DNA from: Mytilus edulis
Taxonomy: Eukaryota
Assembly (NCBI RefSeq): GCF_963676685.1
Contig: NC_092349.1
Location: 75,906,473-75,970,472 of the forward strand
Length of the DNA stretch: 64,000 nucleotides
Direction of reading: 5' to 3'
The notes under the pieces are model-generated. The model made no database searches, was not told the origin of the DNA, and was given only the letters and a program-made list of their open reading frames with translations. This document shows positions 12,615 to 25,121 of the stretch, one piece after another; within the stretch, counting starts at the first letter, position 1; each line of letters opens with the position of its first letter. The translations under genes were made by a program, and so were the position numbers.

Positions 12615-12962
12615 GCATATACATGTTAGGGGGAGGGTTGGGATCCCGCTAACATGTTTAACCCTGCCACATTATTTATGTATGTGCCTGTCCCAAGTCA
12701 GGAGCCTGTAATTCAGTGGTTGTCGTTTGTTTATGTGTTACATATTTGTTTTTCTGTCATTTTTTTTACATAAATAAGTCCGTTAGTTTTCTTGTTTGAA
12801 TTATTTTACATTGTCTTATCGGGGCCTATTATAGCTGACTATGCGGTATGGGCTTTGCTCATTGTTGAAGGCCTTACGGTGACCTATAGTTGTTAATGTC
12901 TGTGTCATTTTGGTCTTTTGTAGATAGTTGTCTCATTGGCAATCATACCACATCTTCTTTTA
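12615..12962 (+). mobile_element. SINE-like element (~340 bp), member of a dispersed family
   Basis: ggggagggttgggatcccgctaacatgtttaaccc...ctgactatgcggtatgggctttgctcattgttgaaggccttacggtgacc...gttgtctcattggcaatcataccacatcttctt. Near-identical copies at 21570-21898 and a 5' half at 24920-25110. More diverged copies at 4150-4270 and 47590-47880. Minus-orientation 3' fragments (gaagatgtggtgtga.tgccaatgagacaactc...) at 1500-1560, 10395-10590, 11880-11960 and 54775-54935. Related gaattaagaatggaaatggggaatgtgtcaaagagacaacaacc fragments at 7328-7460, 10036-10100, 15787-15960, 46900-47110, 47945-48090 and 52670-52990. Confidence 0.6.
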
Positions 12963-13343
12963 TATATATAACCTTGAAAGTGTAAACAATAAATGCCAAT
13001 AAAAAAAGGAAATTGATGTTTTGAAATTTCAAGCATTTATCAATCACATTTAAAGCCACAAGAGTTTTATGGAAAAGTCACCAATTGGGCATGGTTTTTC
13101 CTGGTTTTAAAGTGTTGATAAGAAAGCAACCTAATGACAAAAAGAAAAAATCTGGAAAAAAATTAAGGATTAAAATTGCTTCTTTCAATTATGATTGATA
13201 AGTGTTGTTCAAATGCCACTTTCATCGCTATTCCATAGCTGCAAGATTTAATTGGTGGAGGGCGCTGTAGTGCACTCAAATCTGACTTATAAATAAAAAG
13301 TATTACGACAACAAAATGATGTATTTTGATGTATATATTACAG

Positions 13344-13472
13344 AGTAGAACTTCTGAATGTATACAAGTTAGAGAGGACATTAGAGGATCTATGTTTCCA
13401 ATCAGAAGTTGGTAATATACAGTTACTCATGCACTCATCTGGGTTCCACAACTTCCTTGGAATTCTTTCAAG
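13344..13472 (+). CDS. PARP4: PARP4-like exon 10
   Basis: attacag|agt ... ttcaag|gtaaac. Translation (K)VELLNVYKLERTLEDLCFQSEVGNIQLLMHSSGFHNFLGILS matches human VDVLQIFRVGRVNETTEFLSKLGNVRPLLHGSPVQNIVGILCRG. Confidence 0.7.
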
Positions 13473-14765
13473 GTAAACATGTTTTTGGTTGATATTTTAT
13501 TTCAACATATTGCACACCACAGCTTTTGCTTTTTACAGCTAATTTCCTAATGCATGTAGAGTTAGACTTTGGTTAGCTTGCTTGCTTTGTTTGTATATTG
13601 ACATTTGTAATTGGGATAACTTTTAATCAAATTTAAATATAATACATACTGGTTTAATAATGACTGTCTATATTGTTTGCAGATGTCAATCTAAATTACA
13701 ATGTTTGAGCTAAAGTTTTAACAACCAAAACAAGCCAGCCAATGTTTTACTCCACAAGCAGTAGGAAAATAGCTGTTTAGTCTGTTTACATTTGTACTTG
13801 AAATTATTCTCTTGCATTTGAGAATGTTATCAAAGCATCACATAATCAATGATAAGCTTAATCACATTAGGAAGAGGCAGAGCTTTTTAATAAATCTAAT
13901 TTTCCATTTGACTATAGTGAATGCTCTCAAAATGATATCTGTGAATTGCTATAGTACTCAAAGTTCTCAAAAACCTTTTTAGCCTATTGGTTATTATAAG
14001 GAACACAACAATTGCAAATCTGGTGGTCCCATTGAAAATTTGTGTGTCCTGTTAAATTTTTGCCATCAATTACAAATTAGATAAGTTCAGTTATATATAG
14101 CTCTTTACTAAGTATTGATACATATTGGGATCAGCTTCATAGAAAAAAATGGAAAAAGGAATAAAACCACCCGAAACTTTTCAACATTTATTTGACATTT
14201 TGACCACTACTTCTCAAAACTAGCAGGATCTGCCTAATTAGTGGAGGGCGGGACCTATAGTTTTTGAGAACAGGCTAAATAATTCATCAACAATCAAATA
14301 GTTGAAATATTGTCACTTTTATAGACCTGTTTTTGAAAATTTAATAGCTAATAAAAAAAGAACTCTTGTTCTCTGACATACTATATTTATATATGCTTTG
14401 CATTCTGTAAATTCAGAAATTATTGTGTGCAATTATTATTGTGATTTTGCCATTTCATATTAAAATACAATTTTATTTTTTATGATATTGATCAAAATCC
14501 TGTTTAATTCATTTAAAAAATCCAAAATGCCAGTATAAATTTTTGCAATGTAACCCTGTCACATTTTTCGCAATAATAAAAATATTGTGATACTTTCTGA
14601 ATTAACTATACATTAGGAGATAGTTTACAAATGTACTTTTCTGTAAGAAGAGACACGACCTTCCTTTCTTTATATAAACATTATATTATACTTCTTAGGT
14701 ATAATGGAGATGATTATTTCACTTTTCTTTGATAAGTATTATTATACATTTTATACTATTTTCAG

Positions 14766-14864
14766 AGGATTGCTGATGCCAAACTTTGTAGAAGATGAAC
14801 ATGGCATAACAAGAACAGATGGAGGGTTGCTGGGTAGTGGTATATACTTCTCTGATACCGCTAG
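14766..14864 (+). CDS. PARP4: PARP4-like exon 11 (PARP catalytic domain)
   Basis: tttcag|agg ... gctag|gtagga. Translation RGLLMPNFVEDEHGITRTDGGLLGSGIYFSDTA matches human GLLLPKVVEDRGVQRTDVGNLGSGIYFSDSL. The GSGIYF motif is the PARP donor-site motif. Confidence 0.75.
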
Positions 14865-15239
14865 GTAGGAATTATGCATGGTTGGTAGGGGATTATACCA
14901 GGAGGAGTGTAAATTAAATTTATAATAACAAGAACAAAAGAAGGCATTTTTACCAAATGTGTATACTTCAACAATGGGTTTAAGGTTTTACACATACTTT
15001 TGAGTGGCTAATAATTAGGTTTAAACATGCTGATTTTAAGAACAGTATATTCTTTTAATATTCAAGCCACATTTAACATATCATTCATACTTCTACAGTT
15101 TTGCTAAATTTGACTTTGTGAGTTGAAAATTAGAGGTATGGCACAGAGTAATTTGATTGGTTCAATCTTAGAGTTGACTCCTCAAGAAGTCTCTGGTTCA
15201 CTAAATATAAGTTATATGTTCACTACTGACGGTGACTGA

Positions 15240-15422
15240 CCCACTAGGGATCCATAGTGGGTTAGTAAAATCCAAAGGAGTTGAGGCTGGAAGCCCAATC
15301 TCCTATGAGTTTTACTCACCGTCTATGGTCCGTAGATGACACCAATAGATGACATCACCAACAGTAGATGTGACGTCATGAATCCCCTATGAAATTTACT
15401 AACCCCCTACGGATCCATATGG
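15240..15422. mobile_element. Small MITE (~180 bp) with ~28-bp TIRs, about 120 bp upstream of PARP4-like exon 12
   Basis: cccactagggatccatagtgggttagtaaa versus tttactaaccccctacggatccatatgg (reverse complement). Internal TGACGTCA. Confidence 0.55.
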
Positions 15423-15544
15423 ATGCACGTGATGGTGTTCAAGCAATAACTACATCATATTTTACCTGCAGTGCAATAAGGTTCAATATTATTCAGACTT
15501 AACATTGAAATAGTAGCCTCTTAGATACTTTGTTTTCCTTTCAG

Positions 15545-15731
15545 GAAGTCATTGATGTATTCAGGTCCCAGTACTACACATGGATCAAGGTTGTTGTTAC
15601 TTTGTGATGTTAGCTTGGGTAAAGTCAAGGACTGCACAAGAATAGATAACTCCCTGATGGAGCCTCCATCTGGGTACGAAAGTGTACATGGTGTCAAATT
15701 TTCATCTGAAGGTGAACCAACAGACTTTATA
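15545..15731 (+). CDS. PARP4: PARP4-like exon 12 (PARP catalytic domain)
   Basis: ctttcag|gaa ... tttata|gtgagt. Translation RKSLMYSGPSTTHGSRLLLLCDVSLGKVKDCTRIDNSLMEPPSGYESVHGVKFSSEGEPTDFI matches human HPGETDGTRLLLICDVALGKCMDLHEKDFSLTEAPPGYDSVHGV. Overlaps the six-frame ORF 15552..15863. Confidence 0.8.
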
Positions 15732-16363
15732 GTGAGTATACGTTTGCTTTATGAAAATACAAAGACTGATATATATTTGTGTTTTTATAAGATTAAGAAT
15801 GGAAACAAGATGTTTCAAAGACACTACAACCTGACCAAAGAGCAGAAAACAGCAAAAGGCTAACAATAGATCTTCATCTCAGCAAGAAACTGCCTCACCC
15901 AGAGAGGTGCTTCAGCTGACCCTTAAACAATAATGTATAAAGCATATTCATTGGCAGATTCTGGTTTATTTGGATACTATAAGCAGTTGGTCAGCTGTAT
16001 ATGATTGTAAAGTTTACTTGTCCATCTTATAGGATTCATCAGAACTTGACCTCATTTAAATAATGGATAATGTTAAGTTTATGCGAAAAATTTCTATCTT
16101 TTAGACTTTCTAATGGAGATGAAGCATGATTAGTAAAGCAACAAGATATTTCAGCGAGTACACTCTTATTTTATGCATAAAAATTGGGTCCATGCATGAT
16201 TATATACTAAAATTTTGTTTAATATTCTTCTTCCATGAATTTGTTATCCATCGTTTATAGCTAAAAAATCATAGTTAAACATTTTAATTATACTGAAAGA
16301 ATGAGTAATTGCTATCTACCAATGAAAACAAGTTTTAAGATTAATCTTCTACTCTCCTTACAG

Positions 16364-16517
16364 GATGATGAGTTTGTTATCTATAACCAACAACAACAGA
16401 AAATGAAATACTTAGTTCAACTGTGTCTTCCTGAAGATACTGTGACCCCATTAACTGACATGGCATTGACCTTGAGGTCAGAAGAAATCACAGATCAAGA
16501 CATTTCTGAAGAAATAA
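16364..16517 (+). CDS. PARP4: PARP4-like exon 13
   Basis: cttacag|gat ... aaataa|gtaggt. Translation DDEFVIYNQQQQKMKYLVQLCLPEDTVTPLTDMALTLRSEEITDQDISEEI matches human DDEFVVYKTNQVKMKYIIKFSMPGDQ. Confidence 0.65.
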
Positions 16518-16758
16518 GTAGGTTTTAATAGCTTTACAGGTTTTTAAAAAAAATCTCATAAAGAAGAAATTTCTTTATTTTATTTGTCCAGATAGCATCA
16601 CAAGAAAAAAACAAAAGTGCACACACTGAAATTTATTGGTAATTCGTATATTTTCCCTTTGATCTTACTGCCTAATATTTTCTTGTATCAACGTACGTAC
16701 TGGCTTTATCACTGAAAATATTAGGCAATGCATTGTGTGACATCATAGTTACCGATAA

Positions 16759-16888
16759 ACAGAATAATAGGTAGTTTCGTTTTTGATACTGACTATATCA
16801 TGTGGAATATCTTAACTCGCCCTAACAGGCTCGTCTAGATATTCCACATGATATAGTCAGTATCAAAAACAAAACTACCTATTATTCT
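16759..16888. repeat. Near-perfect 130-bp palindrome (hairpin or foldback)
   Basis: cagaataataggtagtttcgtttttgatactgactatatcatgtggaatatcttaactcgccctaacaggctcgtctagatattccacatgatatagtcagtatcaaaaacaaaactacctattattct. The arms are about 55 bp and perfectly complementary. Confidence 0.8.
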
Positions 16889-16959
16889 ATATATCTGGCC
16901 TTCTTTACTAATCATTGATATTATGTTAATAATCCTAAATATAAAGCTTTATTACAACT

Positions 16960-17700
16960 ATCACATAAACTTAACATTAACCAAGAAAACTTAACATTGA
17001 CCAAGAAAACTTAACATTGACCAATGAACCATAAAATTAAGGTCAATGTCAAATGAACCATTTCAGGAAGACATGTACAGCTAACAATTCTTCCATACAA
17101 CAAATATAGTTGACCTACTGCTTATAGCTTAAGAAAAACAGATCAAAATATTAAAACTTAACACTGAGCAATAAACCATGAAATGAGGTCATGGTCAAAT
17201 AAAACCTGCACGACTAATATATAGATCATAAAATATTTCCATACACCAAATATAGTTAACCTATTGCATATAGTATTAGAAAAACAGACCAAAACACAAA
17301 AACTTAACTATAACCACTGAACCATGAAAATGAGGTCAAGGTCAGATGACACCTGCCAGCTAGACATGTACACCTTACAGTCCTTCCATACACCCAATAT
17401 ACAAGACCTATTGCTTATAGTATCTGAGATATGGACTTGACCACCAAAACTTAACCTTGTTCACTGATCCATGAAATGAGGTCGAGGTCAAGTGAAAACT
17501 CTCTGACGGGCATGAGGACCTTGCAAGGTACGCACATACCAAATATAGTTATCCTATTACTTTTAATAAGAGAGAATTTAACATTATTAAAAATTTTAAC
17601 TTTTTTTTCAAGTAGACACTGAACCATGAAAATGAGGTCAATGACATTGGACATGTAACTGACGGAAACTTCTTAACATGACGCATCTATATACAAAGTA
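16960..17700. repeat. Tandem array of ~145-bp units (~5 copies, 75-85% identical)
   Basis: Recurring blocks aaacttaac...tgaaccatgaaa(a)tgaggtca(a/t)ggtca...atacaccaaatatagtt.acctattgc.tatagt. Confidence 0.6.
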
Positions 17701-18149
17701 TGAAGCATCCAGGTCTTCCACCTTCTAAAATATAAAGCTATTAAGAAGTTAGCTAACGCCACTGTAGCCGCCGCCCCCGGATTACTATCCCTATGTCGAG
17801 CTTTCTGCAACAAAAGTTGCAGGCTCGACAAAAATCAGACGAATTAGAAAAAAATCCTTACTGTAGACACACTTTACTGATTCCATATGGAACCCATATC
17901 CAGATACAAGCTACTGGTAGTTAACAGAACCATAACCAAAACCAATTAAATGTAGATAATTGTTTATATGTGTTGTGAACTTATTCCCTGACCTTAATCC
18001 CCAATACCTTGATTTGCTTGAATGCCTCTATTAACAAAACAAATCAGATGATCAGGAATTGCAAAAAGAAATGTCTGACTGGTTAATTTTTATATGACCG
18101 CAAATCGTATATTGGTATGACGTTGGCATCGTCGTCGTCGTTGTCATCC

Positions 18150-18650
18150 TTGTTCGATACATTTGGTTTTTCGCACTATAACTTTAGTATAAGTTAATAG
18201 AAATCTATGAAATTTAAACACAAAGTTTATGACAACAAAAGGAAGGTTGGGATTGATTTTGGAAGTTTTTGTCCCAACAGTTTAGGAATTAGGGGCCAAA
18301 AAAGGGTCCAATAAACATTTTTCTTGGTTTTCACACAATAACTCTAGTATCAGTTAATAGAAATCTATGAAATATTAACACAAGGTTAATGACCACAAAA
18401 GGAATGTTGGGATTGATTTTGGGAGTTTTGGTACCAACAGTTTAGGAATTAGGGGCCAAAAAAGGGCCCAAATAAGCATTTTTTTGGTTTTCACACAATA
18501 AATGTAGTATAAGTAAATAGAAATCTATGAAATTTAAACACAAGGTTTATGACCACAAAAGGAAGGTTGGGATTGATTTTGGGAGTTTTGGTTCTAACAG
18601 TTTAGGAATTAGGGGCCAAAAGGGTCCAAAATTAAACTTTTTTTGATTCA
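18150..18650. repeat. ~170-bp tandem repeat, 3 copies; diverged relatives at 63380-63760
   Basis: Unit ...ataactttagtataagttaatagaaatctatgaaatttaaacacaaggtttatgaccacaaaaggaaggttgggattgattttgggagttttggt.ccaacagtttaggaattaggggccaaaaaagggtccaa... repeated at 18170, 18340 and 18510. Confidence 0.8.
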
Positions 18651-18718
18651 TCAAAAATTGAACTATCGGGGTTCTTTGATATGCTGAATCTAACTGTGTA
18701 TTTAGATTCTTAAATTAA

Positions 18719-19012
18719 ACGATAGTAGAGGGGCATTATGTTTTTCTGGTCTGTGTGTCCGTTCGACCGTTCGTTCATCCGTCCGTCTGTCCCTCCGTCT
18801 GTCCCGCTTCAGGTTAAAGTTTTTGGTCAAGGTAGTTTTTGATGAAGTTGAAGTCCAATCCACTTCAAACTTAGTATACATGTTTCCTATGATATGATCT
18901 TTTTAATTGTAATGCCAAATTAGAGTGTTTACCCCAATTTCATGGTCCACTGAACATAGAAAATGATAGTGCGAGTGGGGCATTCGTGTACTGGGGACAC
19001 ATTCTTGTTGGT
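18719..19012. repeat. Dispersed ~300-bp repeat family, copy A, with an internal (TCCGTC)n-like microsatellite
   Basis: Starts tagtagaggggcattatgttttctggtctgtg and ends gtgcgagtggggcattcgtgtactggggacacattcttgtt. Copies with the same termini lie at 23819-24440, 39352-39622 and 39829-40208, with a partial 5' part at 62465-62560. Terminal gaggggcat and gagtggggcat form a short inverted pair, so this may be a MITE. Confidence 0.7.
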
Positions 19013-19290
19013 CCTGTTTTCAAATTGATCTACATTAAGGTCTAAAGGGTCCAAAATTAAACTTAGTTTTATTTTAACAAAATTTGAATTCTTGGGGTTC
19101 TTTGATATGCTGAATCTAAACAACTTCCAGTCTAAAGTTATGTTATGTATTTGTTTTATGTACCATGCCAACTCTAAATAAAGCTTAATATCAATTACCA
19201 ATTGAAATTATTCTGCTTTTAAGATTTAAAGTATTAGACAACAGAAATATAAATATTCTTTACAACATATAGAAATGATTTTGTTTTCAG

Positions 19291-19421
19291 ATTTAAAAGA
19301 TGTGAAGGATGTACCTGACCCTTTAAACAAAGTTACTGCAGGCTTGATTGGAAAAGGAAAACAATCAGTTCCACTCAAATCTGTTCATATTAGAGCTCAT
19401 CTTTTGGACTTAGTAGCAAAG
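19291..19421 (+). CDS. PARP4: PARP4-like exon 14
   Basis: gttttcag|att ... gcaaag|gtaagg. Translation (N)LKDVKDVPDPLNKVTAGLIGKGKQSVPLKSVHIRAHLLDLVAK matches human NFSKVEDYQLP...GNLVPLEDVHIKGRIIDTVAQ. Confidence 0.65.
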
Positions 19422-21569
19422 GTAAGGTTATGAAAATCTGATTTGTTTGTTTCTAATGTGGAAAATATTTTCCACTTTTCAAGCCTTGACTTGCATTGAG
19501 TTGTCAAATTGCATCTCCTTATTTATATGAATGGCATTGTTAACTGTAAACTTGGGGCATCTTGTAAACCTACACTACTTTTGTAATGAGGTTAAAATCA
19601 TCTAAATGCAATCTTTTACAGGCCTCAAACCAATTTGGACTTTTTTTTAAAGTCCTGCTTATTCACAAATTATAATGAGGTTTTTGGAAAATGACGCTTT
19701 CAGCTTCTTGTTCCAATACTGCTGACCTGAACTTCCATTACATTTCTCTGCCTTCCGCGCTTGGTTTCGTATATTTTCTTCCCCATTACATTTCTCCGCC
19801 TACCGCGCTTGGTTTCGTATTTACTATTTTACATACAAACTGGAATCTGCTTGTATTGTGTAGTAATCAACCGGGAACCAGTTTACATACCTCCGGTCCT
19901 TATTACCAAAAAGATCGAAGTGTACCAGTTAAGATACTCATAAATCTATTTTTATAACTTAATTGATTATGTGAAGTAAAACTAAAACATTGTTTAAACA
20001 TAAAAGATATATAATTAATCGGGGAATACTTGATAGTCTTTTTGTTTTACAAACAACTGCCTTTTTTATAAGAAAATATAATATGTCCGTGTTGGTCCAC
20101 TTTCTACTGGTTATAAGACAGATCGAAGTACCGGAAATCCATCTTTGTTTACAAAGTTACACCTGTAGAGTCTGTAACAGACTGTATCTGTATGACATGT
20201 GAATAAATTGTCGATATAGATGCTGGCTTTAATACAACGGTTTGAGAGAGCGCCGCCGATTTATTGGCGGGGCGGGAGAACAGATTTGAAGCTCTCTACG
20301 TTTGATGCGTGCACAACAGTGTCGTCATAGCTGATTCGGTGCGATCACTGTCTTACAAAGGATGAATTTTCATAATGTACGGTGTTTTACTTAGTGGAAT
20401 GTCAATTAACTCACAGTAAGAGTTATTCTTTACTTGCTTTTCCATTGTTTTCCACAATAATTGTTGCGTGGTATTCTTTGAATTTCTCTGCAGTTATGGT
20501 TCTCTTTGGACATGCTTTTTTAGGAATTCATCTGGTTCAATAGCGTAAATCAGCCCCTCAACTACTTTTTACATAAATACTAACTTTGGCTTCAACTCCT
20601 TGTTCGTCCTTGTCTGGAGATCTTGTTGAAGTTCCAGGCATTTTGGAGACTTATCCATCCTCTCTTGACTTGTAATCTCTGGTGATAAATTTTGCCGCTT
20701 GACATGTTTTATTTTGTTACCGGGTAGGGGTCCCATATACTATGGTTCCATTTTAAATAATGAGATCAATTCCTCCTCTAGTTCATTATCCAATCTGACA
20801 CAAATTTCAATAACTGGAATGCCACCCAAGTTGAATATATGGTGACCCACTATAACAGCATAATTACTTGGAATTGTGTTTAATACCATGATGGTTTAAA
20901 AGCATAAACTTAAATGGAGACAGAAATTTGACATGAAAGATTTTGGATTAGTGTAAATTAAAAATTAGCTTACTATGATATATGGTTAAAGAATGAATAT
21001 CAAAAGGAGCAGAGTTGTTATAAAATATCAATATGGCAGAGAAGTGGTTTCAAGTTTCATATAAAGGGACCTGACTGACATGCAATAAAAAATCAAAGGA
21101 GTATCCCCATTTGTCTAATCTTCAAGGTGAAATAAAACAAGTATAACAAAATTATGCTATTGTATAAATCTACAAAAATAGAATTTGCTTCGAGTAACAG
21201 AAATAACTATGTCACTATAGTAACTTATTTAATGAGTATGTGGGTAATTAGTCCTATATAAACATATGACCTCGGGAGCATTATTTACTATTTCTATTTA
21301 CTGTTCTGATAATTTTTTTTTTACAATCAATGTGTCACACTTCGCATTCAAAATTAAAAAAAATAATGAAAATATCAGTATAAAAACGTTAAAAATTGAA
21401 TAAGAATGCGAAGTCATATGTTATAGGACTAGTGGGGTATAAGAGCTTGTTACAACAGGCTTTGCATAATCATTTGGTTTGAAAGGATACTAGTCCACTT
21501 GTAAGCCTTTTTCAACTGATTTTTATAGTTCGTTCTTATGTTGTACTGTTATTCCACTGTCCCAAGTTA

Positions 21570-21898
21570 GGGGAGGGGTGCATGGGATCCCGTTAACATG
21601 TTTAACCCCACCACATTATTTATGTATGTGCCTTCCCCAAGTCAGGAGCCTGTAATTCAGTGGTTGTTTGTTTATGTGTTATATATTTGTTTTTCGTTCA
21701 TTTTTTTACATAAATAAGGCTGTTAGTTTTCTCGTTTGAATTGTTTCATCGGGCTTTTATAACTGACTATGCGGTATGGGCTTTGCTCATTGTTGAAGGC
21801 CGTACTGTGACCTATAGTTGTTAATGTCTGTGGCATTTTGGTCTTTTGTGGATAGTTGTCTCATTATAGCAATCATACCACATCTTCTTTTTTTATAG
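21570..21898 (+). mobile_element. SINE-like element, second full copy
   Basis: About 90% identical to 12615-12962 along its whole length. Confidence 0.6.
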
Positions 21899-23288
21899 TA
21901 GTCTGTATTCTTGATTTAGAAAAATGTAATTGCAAGAAAAAAGTTACACATTACTTAGAGTACATTAGATCATTCAGGTAGTCTTTATTTAGTATGTACA
22001 AAAGAACAGCCAGTAGCCATTGGATATTGTAGATCATTTAAATAGTCTTGACCTTTTTATTAGTACAAAAGAACAGCTAGTAATCATTGGATATTGTAGA
22101 TCATTCCAGTATTCTTGATCACCTATTTATGTGTACCAAAAAAACCAGCCAGTAGTCATTGGATACTGTAAATCATTCAGGTAGTCTTGACTCTTGATCT
22201 GTTCATTTGTATTAAAAAAAAACCAGTCAGTTGTCATCTTCACTTCACACACACATACGAATATCAATTATATGCTTACGAGACATGTTGCAATGTTAAA
22301 CTTATTACGGTATGTGAAAATCAAGACTTGCATAAAAAATATCCCAATATTAGAGACAGTGGCGTCATTTTTCCTCAGAGCTTTCAGCTCTTTGATTATT
22401 GATATTTATGCAACTGTGTGAGCGTTGCAATTATAAAAACTCCCTACATATATTTGTATGCAGATTATCCTGAATTTGCAATCATTAATTTTGTGTTTTT
22501 GTTCATTTTTAAAAAATCACAAAAAATATGAATGCAATAATTTTTGAATTTGCAGTATTCAAATTAAATTTCTTTCTACAATGATAACAATGGATAATTT
22601 GGTTATATTAAAATTGCCGTTCATAATATTCCAAGATTATTTTTTTTTCATTGACCATAAGTTGTAATTTATTAAGCAGATCATCAGGTTTCTGTGGTTA
22701 TAAATTGAATATTCAAACTTTATAATACTATTTAACCATAATAAACATCATCTATAGTGATGAATAAACAAATTTCGTTTGTTTCAAGAGTAAAATGAAG
22801 ATTGAATGTTTTGTCTCTACGCAAGATGATTTTATTTTGTGGGTATATTCTTTTCAAGAAAAAAATGAAATTTAATCCTCCCCGAAAATTTCTGCTTTCA
22901 CAGTAGCAAAGAGAACCATGATCTGGAGCAGGAAAACTGACAATCCTAGAAAATTAATAATAGAAAAGAATGCATGTTGCTGAACCAAGGTTTTGAAGAC
23001 ACAGCCTCAGCTAGTGATCACTATAGACAAAATATTTAGACCGCTTGACCATTGAGGTTTCAACTCTCTCAGACAAAGTTGACCATAAGATAGATTTAGC
23101 TATAATTTTAGGTCCTTTCTGTTATATAGGTCTTCAATTGTTTTTGTTCTTATACATGATTGGCTTTCAAATATTCATCTTTGAGGGTTTCGGATGAAGG
23201 TAAATCCATACATGTGCATCTGCCTCTGCCATCATGAGAAAAGTTCATTGGAATCTGTTAGTAATACAAAGTTTGATATTTTTTTCAG

Positions 23289-23415
23289 GTTGTTATATTA
23301 CAAGAATACAAGAATGACAACAATGTTCCTATTGAAGCTAAATATGTTTTCCCACTAGATGATACAGCTGCTGTGTGTGGGTTTGAAGCATTCATCAATG
23401 GAAAACATGTCATAG
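23289..23415 (+). CDS. PARP4: PARP4-like exon 15 (VIT domain)
   Basis: tttttcag|gtt ... catag|gtattt. Translation VVILQEYKNDNNVPIEAKYVFPLDDTAAVCGFEAFINGKHVIG is near-identical in pattern to human VIVFQTYTNKSHVPIEAKYIFPLDDKAAVCGFEAFINGKHIVG. Confidence 0.85.
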
Positions 23416-23818
23416 GTATTTTTAATAACAAGAATTGAAAACTTACTTCAAGATCAGAGTCAATTTACTGTTCTGAAAAGTCCTGTTACATCAGATGTTT
23501 TAAAATCAAAAAGAATTCTAATTTTATTATGTCCTCAATTACATTTGAAAAAACTAGAAAACAAATTTGAATAAGAAGTACTTAACAGTACTTAACAGAA
23601 TTATCAGTTACATTATGATGAAATTGTCTGTCTTTACAATCTGGAAAATCTTGCAGAACTTTGCTTCACTGGTCTTGGAATTCACCATTTGGTGTAAATA
23701 AGACATACTGTGGCAAATATTATCTATTATAATTTTGTCTTTTGAAATAGTTTAGGATTATCACCTTTGATACGTTTCTTGTTGATCAACATTATTGTAG
23801 TTGTTATGCCCCACCTAC

Positions 23819-24440
23819 GATAGTAGAGGGGCATTATGTTTTCTGGTCTGTGCGTCCGTCCTTCCGTCCGTCTGTCCTTCCGTCTATCTGTTCATTCGTT
23901 CATTCAGGTTAGAGTTTTTGGTCAAGGTAGGTTTTTGATGAAGTTGAAGTCCAATCAACTTCAAACTAAGTACAATTGTTCCCTATGACATGATCTTTCT
24001 AATTTAATTGCCAAATTAAACTTTTGACCCCAATTTCATGGTCCACTGAACATAGAAAATGATAGTGCAAATTTCAGGTTAAAGTTTTTGGTCAAGGTAG
24101 TTTTTGATGAAATTGAAGTCCAATCAACTTCAAACTTAGTACACATGTTCCCTATGATATGTTCTTTCTGATTTAATTGCCAAATTAGACTTTTGACCCC
24201 AATTTCACGGTCCACCGAACATAGAAAATGATAGTGCAAGTTTCAGGTTAAAGTTTTTGGTTAGGGTAGTTTTTGATTTAGTTGAAGTCCAATCAACTTG
24301 AAACTTAGTACACATGTTCCTTAGGTTATGATCTTTCTTGTTAAAATGCCAAATTAGAATTTTTTTATCCCAGTCCACTGAACATAGAAAATTATAATGC
24401 GAGTGGGGCATCCGTGTACTATGGACACATTCTTGTTAAT
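23819..24440. repeat. Same dispersed family, copy B, expanded by three internal tandem copies of a ~170-bp segment
   Basis: The segment ggttaaagtttttggtcaaggtagtttttgatgaagttgaagtccaatcaacttcaaacttagtac...ccaatttcatggtccactgaacatagaaaatgatagtgca occurs 3 times, which explains the twin minus-strand ORFs 24036..24239 and 24205..24411. Confidence 0.7.
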
Positions 24441-24562
24441 TATCTCCATTTGTTATAGTTTTGTTTTTTTGTTTTTGTTAAAAAGAAAGATTGGCAGTCA
24501 TAAGTTAAAGCAGAAAATTGCACCTGAAATATATGGTAAACTATTTTTTTTTTAAATTAAAG

Positions 24563-24654
24563 GGGAGGTAAAAGAAAAAGAAAAAGCTCACAAGGAATAC
24601 AAAGAGGCCATAAGTAAAGGACATGGAGCATACCTAATGGATGAAGAGGAACCA
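24563..24654 (+). CDS. PARP4: PARP4-like exon 16 (VIT)
   Basis: ttaaag|ggg ... gaacca|gtaagt. Translation GEVKEKEKAHKEYKEAISKGHGAYLMDEEEP matches human GEIKEKEEAQQEYLEAVTQGHGAYLMSQDAPD. Confidence 0.7.
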
Positions 24655-25121
24655 GTAAGTTTATATAACAGGGAACAGGATATCAATCCTTTATCAATCC
24701 TTTAAATAAACTTATTCTAAAAGGTTACCAATCCAACACTGTTATTAGATCATTTAATATTGTTTTTATTGGTATTAATATTGATATGGTTATCAGTAAA
24801 GTTAAAAGCAAACTAAATATTATTGTTATATACATATACACATTCATGGATCTACTATCTGTCGATACCTGTATTTTGGCATTGCACAAGGTCATGTTTT
24901 TCTCTGACTGTTTATGACATCCTAGTAAGGGGAGGGATGGGATCCTGCTAACATGTTTAAACCCACCACATTCTCTATGTATGTGCCTGTCCCAAGTCAG
25001 GATCCTGTAATTCAGTGGTAGTAGTTTGTTTTAATATGTGTTACATATTTGTTTTTCATTCATTTTTTGTACATAAATAAGGCTCTTAGTTTTCTCCTTT
25101 GAATTGTTTTTTATTTTACAG

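Noticed and set aside
19691-19957. 88-aa and 60-aa plus-strand ORFs
   Set aside because: They overlap a local 2-copy tandem duplication (cattacatttctc.gcct.ccgcgcttggtttcgtat...). No splice-site or homology support.
24036-24411. Two overlapping minus-strand ORFs of 67-68 aa
   Set aside because: They arise from the internal tandem triplication within the dispersed ~300-bp repeat (copy B). No coding evidence.
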